The notes beneath the pieces were generated by a model. The model was not told the origin of the DNA. It saw nothing but the letters and a program-made list of their open reading frames with translations, and made no database searches. Shown piece after piece: positions 62,901-64,000 of a stretch of DNA of 64,000 bases. Within the stretch, counting starts at the first letter, position 1. Every line of letters starts with the position of its first letter. The stretch comes from Cyanidioschyzon merolae (lineage: Eukaryota). Made by a program: the position numbers and the translations under genes. Location of the stretch: NCBI GenBank assembly GCA_000091205.1, contig AP006490.2; one strand, written 5' to 3'.

Positions 62901-63488
62901 CTGGACACTGGTCGAGAGCAATCCAAGAGTGCCGTCGCCTGCCAGCATGGCCAGCTACTTGCGCTGCAGACAATGCTTGCCGACGGGGATCTAGCCTGGA
63001 GTCCCAAGCAATTGGCAGATATCGACGCACAGGCACGACGTTATCTAACCAGTGAGGCAGCACCGCTGCGCAAAGCAGCGATCCAGGTCATTGCCGCACT
63101 TGCGCTGCATACAGAAGAGAGCACCCAACATCAACAGTGGACGCGTCTGGTGGTAGAGCGTCTCCATGAAGACACGTTTTCGGAGGTGCGCGAAGCAGCA
63201 CTCCAGGCGCTTGGTACTGTTGGAACGCTGGACACGGTATTGCCGCTGTTGCTGCAATGGTCGTATAGGCGCAGTGGAGAACGCGCACCCTCGCTTCGCA
63301 CTGCCGCCATTGAGGCGCTCCAACAACGACTCGTCGACGACTTGATGGCCGCAGTGCGCTGGGATGTGCTGCGTCAGGCGCAGCAGCTCATTAGGGGGAG
63401 CGGTGAACCCGATGCAAGCTCCCAGAGTGATTGGCTGGAGCGACTCGCGCTCAACACGGTGGCAAGCAAGAGCCTCACGAATCGCTAA
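53982..63488 (+). CDS. GCN1-like translational activator (giant HEAT/ARM-repeat protein with an eEF3-like HEAT region), 3168 aa in a single uninterrupted ORF.
   Basis: 'AAWRTRMAALDMLGSMADMGPEQLSQALPEIVPRLVTALTDVHPRVQETASLALSRMAEL' closely parallels the GCN1 eEF3-like segment as I recall it ('...[48 protein letters not shown]...'). The rest is repetitive HEAT-like helices, with an acidic 'SDDDDDDPIAA' tract. Confidence 0.6.
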   Translation: MVRISAGDDWDPREADGLEVFIHMGASWEDTPAASRIESNFHEWIELQYAAAGSTEAAAPARQTIEALVRSAISLDGLHARHPSSTRSKLFYAWITDRLARALAAAWQRSSTESTAGLAVLPTTFREARSRFPSSDAFIETCLLVSQAVLRLSCAQPDLPGSELLAGERGASLALLAQTVLDELFSLKFEQCGWLRWRRLLQKNRWWILLFLSKSEASVLQQFGEAVTRALKRTPGQSWGALTLLLRTLLPSRSRTCTKMTQTDCRARAGRIAPGSIAALQQLLEYHVLPVLPRALCSESLAVQRAAVRVVRLSTTIAAHSGAGAESKPFTWHAVLLEQLQSTHGARAQPVICALRALTLANSAGTDAGLAATCAADAMNALLGWLAAETDPPTRVVAVRCLASYVAVASSRALIDAAQRRKLEHAYSDAFGMRQQLDSAPEFPTAPYIAAELLAWARMDLDLRHRRLRSTNASESPTTRPKERRTAATGAVAAPCSEEHKERTRKLQKQPLLAVCAYASSIESEADRLTVIEPTELAEMLTLLQHVQRTLAPDDGMAILTGGSRIGAAALATCPVDACDACDVARTCVIAARMLYRWCVRSVTTPALLQAFANVWLAFSTLDLRVFTPKNVTADTHAAPVENSKENWLHVREVARLARLELRATDRVDVAEALWSALRSKFVPSLLDRLEQICIAVPRYAEYTNAAGVSYWPVYSTRRGWLRGFRKRFAALIASMPLDVQSPNAIASALMFMVHPLATRQARRRYEAFTQWHMPEAPLSTLLREMSSVADTLGRAPHTAIAEFSIDALGLLRASIRTWGWLLIEIGLKHFPDLYSLSTNVFETFVLPALTEIWRESWTADDLRLVHDAMPSPPQPPQEPVRKPPRDRNPADGISSNRTKQEQQAERDRYQTAMIRYEELLSIYREKERRREHLLQQQRALHDALAGIWAGWCEMLTTLRLSEFGSELCDLFLLSMEVLHRVTKHLDRNRAREVWMALLRSVQRLVHSSPMAAEDSAQNARQRMLAAVLSVPLHADAVVEHHALSGGIPALPRYPLDFIRGALPIVLASMQSTLRTTENQVLTLAPWLFLAESIALEPRTSRAALPVLLPLYKLVTDEIDHGPMNDLLVSCVWRSFGLTVLLCFLTGQCGLESVETETREDLESMLWKQSRCWRRAMRSDRASAEERCAASPRTAFEPLPPEIESRLLAELRGLPGPAGASPPSDDDDDDDPIAAAETSASFCRWRDVLCRALPFPWSSQGLLIHRSILELLPGVLGTNASVRSVCVFLAEQIPAEWRRHSLAWRLTLTLASHDRVQEVAWKAQQLLEQPIHDVSMLAPWLEHPHAFLRQAAADGIADSVVRAADPLALLRQWLPVWFARFPKPVSIDPRASPGAPRKRPEQVMHASEQFFGEGLSQVLIALATRDERPVSADLLPMIFTFLCARGWLHLAASVRQRLRQAAICFIEQHGSVAVHTLLAFLSSALENPPADLEITLQDLRQENIVIALGMLALHIPSHEPALLGDVGARLARVALATPAADVQQAAADVLARLIPKWMIIDDATVRERIESWFECALSSGSYGERRGAALLWAAAQSATTGAAAPAATSWSGSLPAQRIRRILADRDAPLEARLGALTLLEALAMRLESAYEPIGVEMLPLLLQASGDTMTSVRQASADASRAFMRHLSKARMSAVLDSLIGQLDQTGAAWRTRMAALDMLGSMADMGPEQLSQALPEIVPRLVTALTDVHPRVQETASLALSRMAELAMQVPAEELETENDNAKLQQALARSLSKRLVQALSHPEQYLLPVLHELRRELQRTLMLSGIRGGGSSASVLLLDALLLPLLRRALSHRQLSVREGGLDVLLERMRTSDRCAGYRGSKAYDALSFSWTLAQLEQDVVSVILRDPSPEQRHRAALALRELMRPLSSAADATPWQRATRDCAALDAVAGDVSERASTTCDTAERSGVLVSARDSTGRIASPPDPGVFLASLWDRLVAELFSERNAFTERSGAAEALASLASLWWRGTGNEVRTGTVADEQTPVPPPQAGHVAARHGERQRYEAFLRPLVWDALESGAPSGSSSSIRRESALLFVGALARHGIPEHTSLWRAVLGSLHDAQEPVRQAALSAGAALIHAALQETARSEATGYSARELPSPGTSSHDAQQIARRGTHGLEHWFEAPCWQALEQGLLASHWRERWACLELGDQAGRCTELLVTGDVIAQAPATLLVAGVQAGTSDAALSISVSQANGVTTKARIPSQEPGTAFADIGDLVFRSRPGFVARLYILRFDPSTTVQSRANALWKKWVLNPARMLHALASSILDIALVGFQSASRSSTAVTGDEDLMQALQGALADLCGKLGTNVTARALDALQHLIIDDGSREGTVGATAAAHALVQIVEALPYTVREQLGDPHLLQVARHCLEQDSEAFEPVRQAGGTLLSLLVPVVGERRVLDHLVLPLWERFERATPIGATAAVAHCNVTQSSASTTTSVPPLGDAARGLVQALSLAGLGVRLQTLLVPRWLDAGRWDALAALIALLDTALAPNLIPVALSRLFETPSAAQRDLVSDETISTVFGSEASTKAAEALARYMPTAVVTFAQDELASADVTRRRRAITLLRFIFVDNPVDALSSQRLIESTSQTRISDIFARLVRALADTDDFIVQQAAQVFQYSVARVAPGARVAAVAPVREALRALGGGTGEPGAGTPVRGLCLEPYNVLGISPVLSLYQHALSDPETRPETQEQAALGIAELVQQVPPAVAQPHALRLMGLAIRLLSDRQTHWPVTVALLKALTAFWVQAARSARALAPALQSVLLRYLRDSQRMVRHASAEAFVWLVLEHPRPETALSELARLAQSQDVNATQRLVAMECLAKLLRVAAERRSRAPSHRDPVEQSPIATPLEQVLRSSGVWPQRLQETVRAALGSALDAERLCAAQLLAAVHRYWFEDVEVRHQCVQMAVTLDTGREQSKSAVACQHGQLLALQTMLADGDLAWSPKQLADIDAQARRYLTSEAAPLRKAAIQVIAALALHTEESTQHQQWTRLVVERLHEDTFSEVREAALQALGTVGTLDTVLPLLLQWSYRRSGERAPSLRTAAIEALQQRLVDDLMAAVRWDVLRQAQQLIRGSGEPDASSQSDWLERLALNTVASKSLTNR

Positions 63489-63861
63489 CCTCGCGCATGT
63501 TCGCTGCTGTATTCATTTGTCGAGCATTTTGGTGAACGAGACGATGATGCGGTATTCGCATACTTGGGCAAATGCTAGCGTTGAGGCGCGCGCCGCATTC
63601 CCGAACGAACACACTGGCGTCCTCAGGTATTCTCGATCATCGTCAGGTCGTGCGTTCCAAACGGGCGCTGCGCCTGGAAGGAGCACCCGCGTTCACGCCT
63701 GGAGTATTCATGCGGACGCAACGCGGAGACGGAACGGCTTTGCCTTGTCCGTGTGGGCGTCCAGAGCATGGCCGCCGTTGATGCGGCGCGCACCTGCGCT
63801 TCTGCTGCTTGTGGAAAGCATGCACGCCCTGCATGGATTCGCGGTCGATGCGTAACGTGCC

Positions 63862-64000
63862 TGCACTCACGAGGCACTCCAGGCGTCCTCATCGTCGTCG
63901 TCGTCGTTGTCGTCGTCTTCGAGCGCTGATTCATCCGATGTGATGGCACTCTGGGGCGCGTTTTCCTCATCATCGGACTCGTCATCGATTTCGGTATCTT
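63862..64000 (-). CDS. 3' end (acidic C-terminal tail) of a minus-strand gene that continues beyond the window edge; partial.
   Basis: The minus-strand frame reads '...DTEIDDESDDEENAPQSAITSDESALEDDDNDDDDDEDAWSAS*' with a stop at ~63862. It is open to the window end and too short in the window to identify. Confidence 0.25.

Noticed and set aside
1-64000. Prokaryotic or kinetoplastid interpretation of the long intron-free, GC-rich ORFs.
   Set aside because: The gene content is unambiguously eukaryotic (nucleoporin, Rho GTPase, USP, RanBP1, SNARE). The genes alternate strands rather than forming the long unidirectional clusters of kinetoplastids.
1-64000. tRNA, rRNA or CRISPR arrays.
   Set aside because: A visual scan found no A-box/B-box 'GGTTCGAnnCC' combinations, no rDNA-like sequence, and no regularly spaced short direct repeats with unique spacers. 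The only short-period repeats are the minisatellites reported above. This was a manual scan and is not exhaustive.

Overview
This window is GC-rich (~58-60%) nuclear DNA from an intron-poor eukaryote. Genes are long single-exon ORFs on alternating strands, about one per 3-4 kb, with polyQ/polyA/polyD low-complexity tracts. The host genes I can support are a secreted M14 carboxypeptidase, a VAMP7-like longin SNARE, a histidine-phosphatase/PGM-family protein, RanBP1, a Nup155/Nup170 nucleoporin, a USP deubiquitinase, a Rho-family GTPase, a divergent protein kinase, a Sec14/CRAL-TRIO protein, a HIT hydrolase, a C2H2 zinc-finger protein and a 3168-aa GCN1-like HEAT-repeat ORF. A Tab2/ATAB2-like ORF with a transit-peptide-like N-terminus hints that the host has a plastid. 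This is an inference from recalled motifs.

The most interesting content is in the intergenic regions. Two repeat families carry the hallmarks of TnpB/Fanzor-type RNA-guided nucleases, namely RuvC-I, a zinc-finger region and the RuvC-III 'RD-NAAI-I' motif.

Family I is a ~2.7-2.8 kb element present as three copies: a full-length degenerate copy, a nearly intact inverted copy, and a 3' fragment. The copies share a conserved ~60-bp block immediately after the stop codon, which is a candidate omega-RNA scaffold or right end. Most frame breaks in family I fall exactly at homopolymer runs, so they are either long-read consensus errors or slippage mutations.

Family II is a ~1.1-kb composite element in four same-orientation copies, each in an intergenic region. 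It has coding-like conservation and a C-terminal 'CMKCVDN...RDLNAAISIL' remnant.

No rRNA or CRISPR arrays were seen, and no tRNA was recognised by eye. The ORF track uses GTG/alternative starts, so true start codons are often downstream of the listed ORF start. My coordinates for repeat boundaries are approximate (a few bp to ~20 bp).
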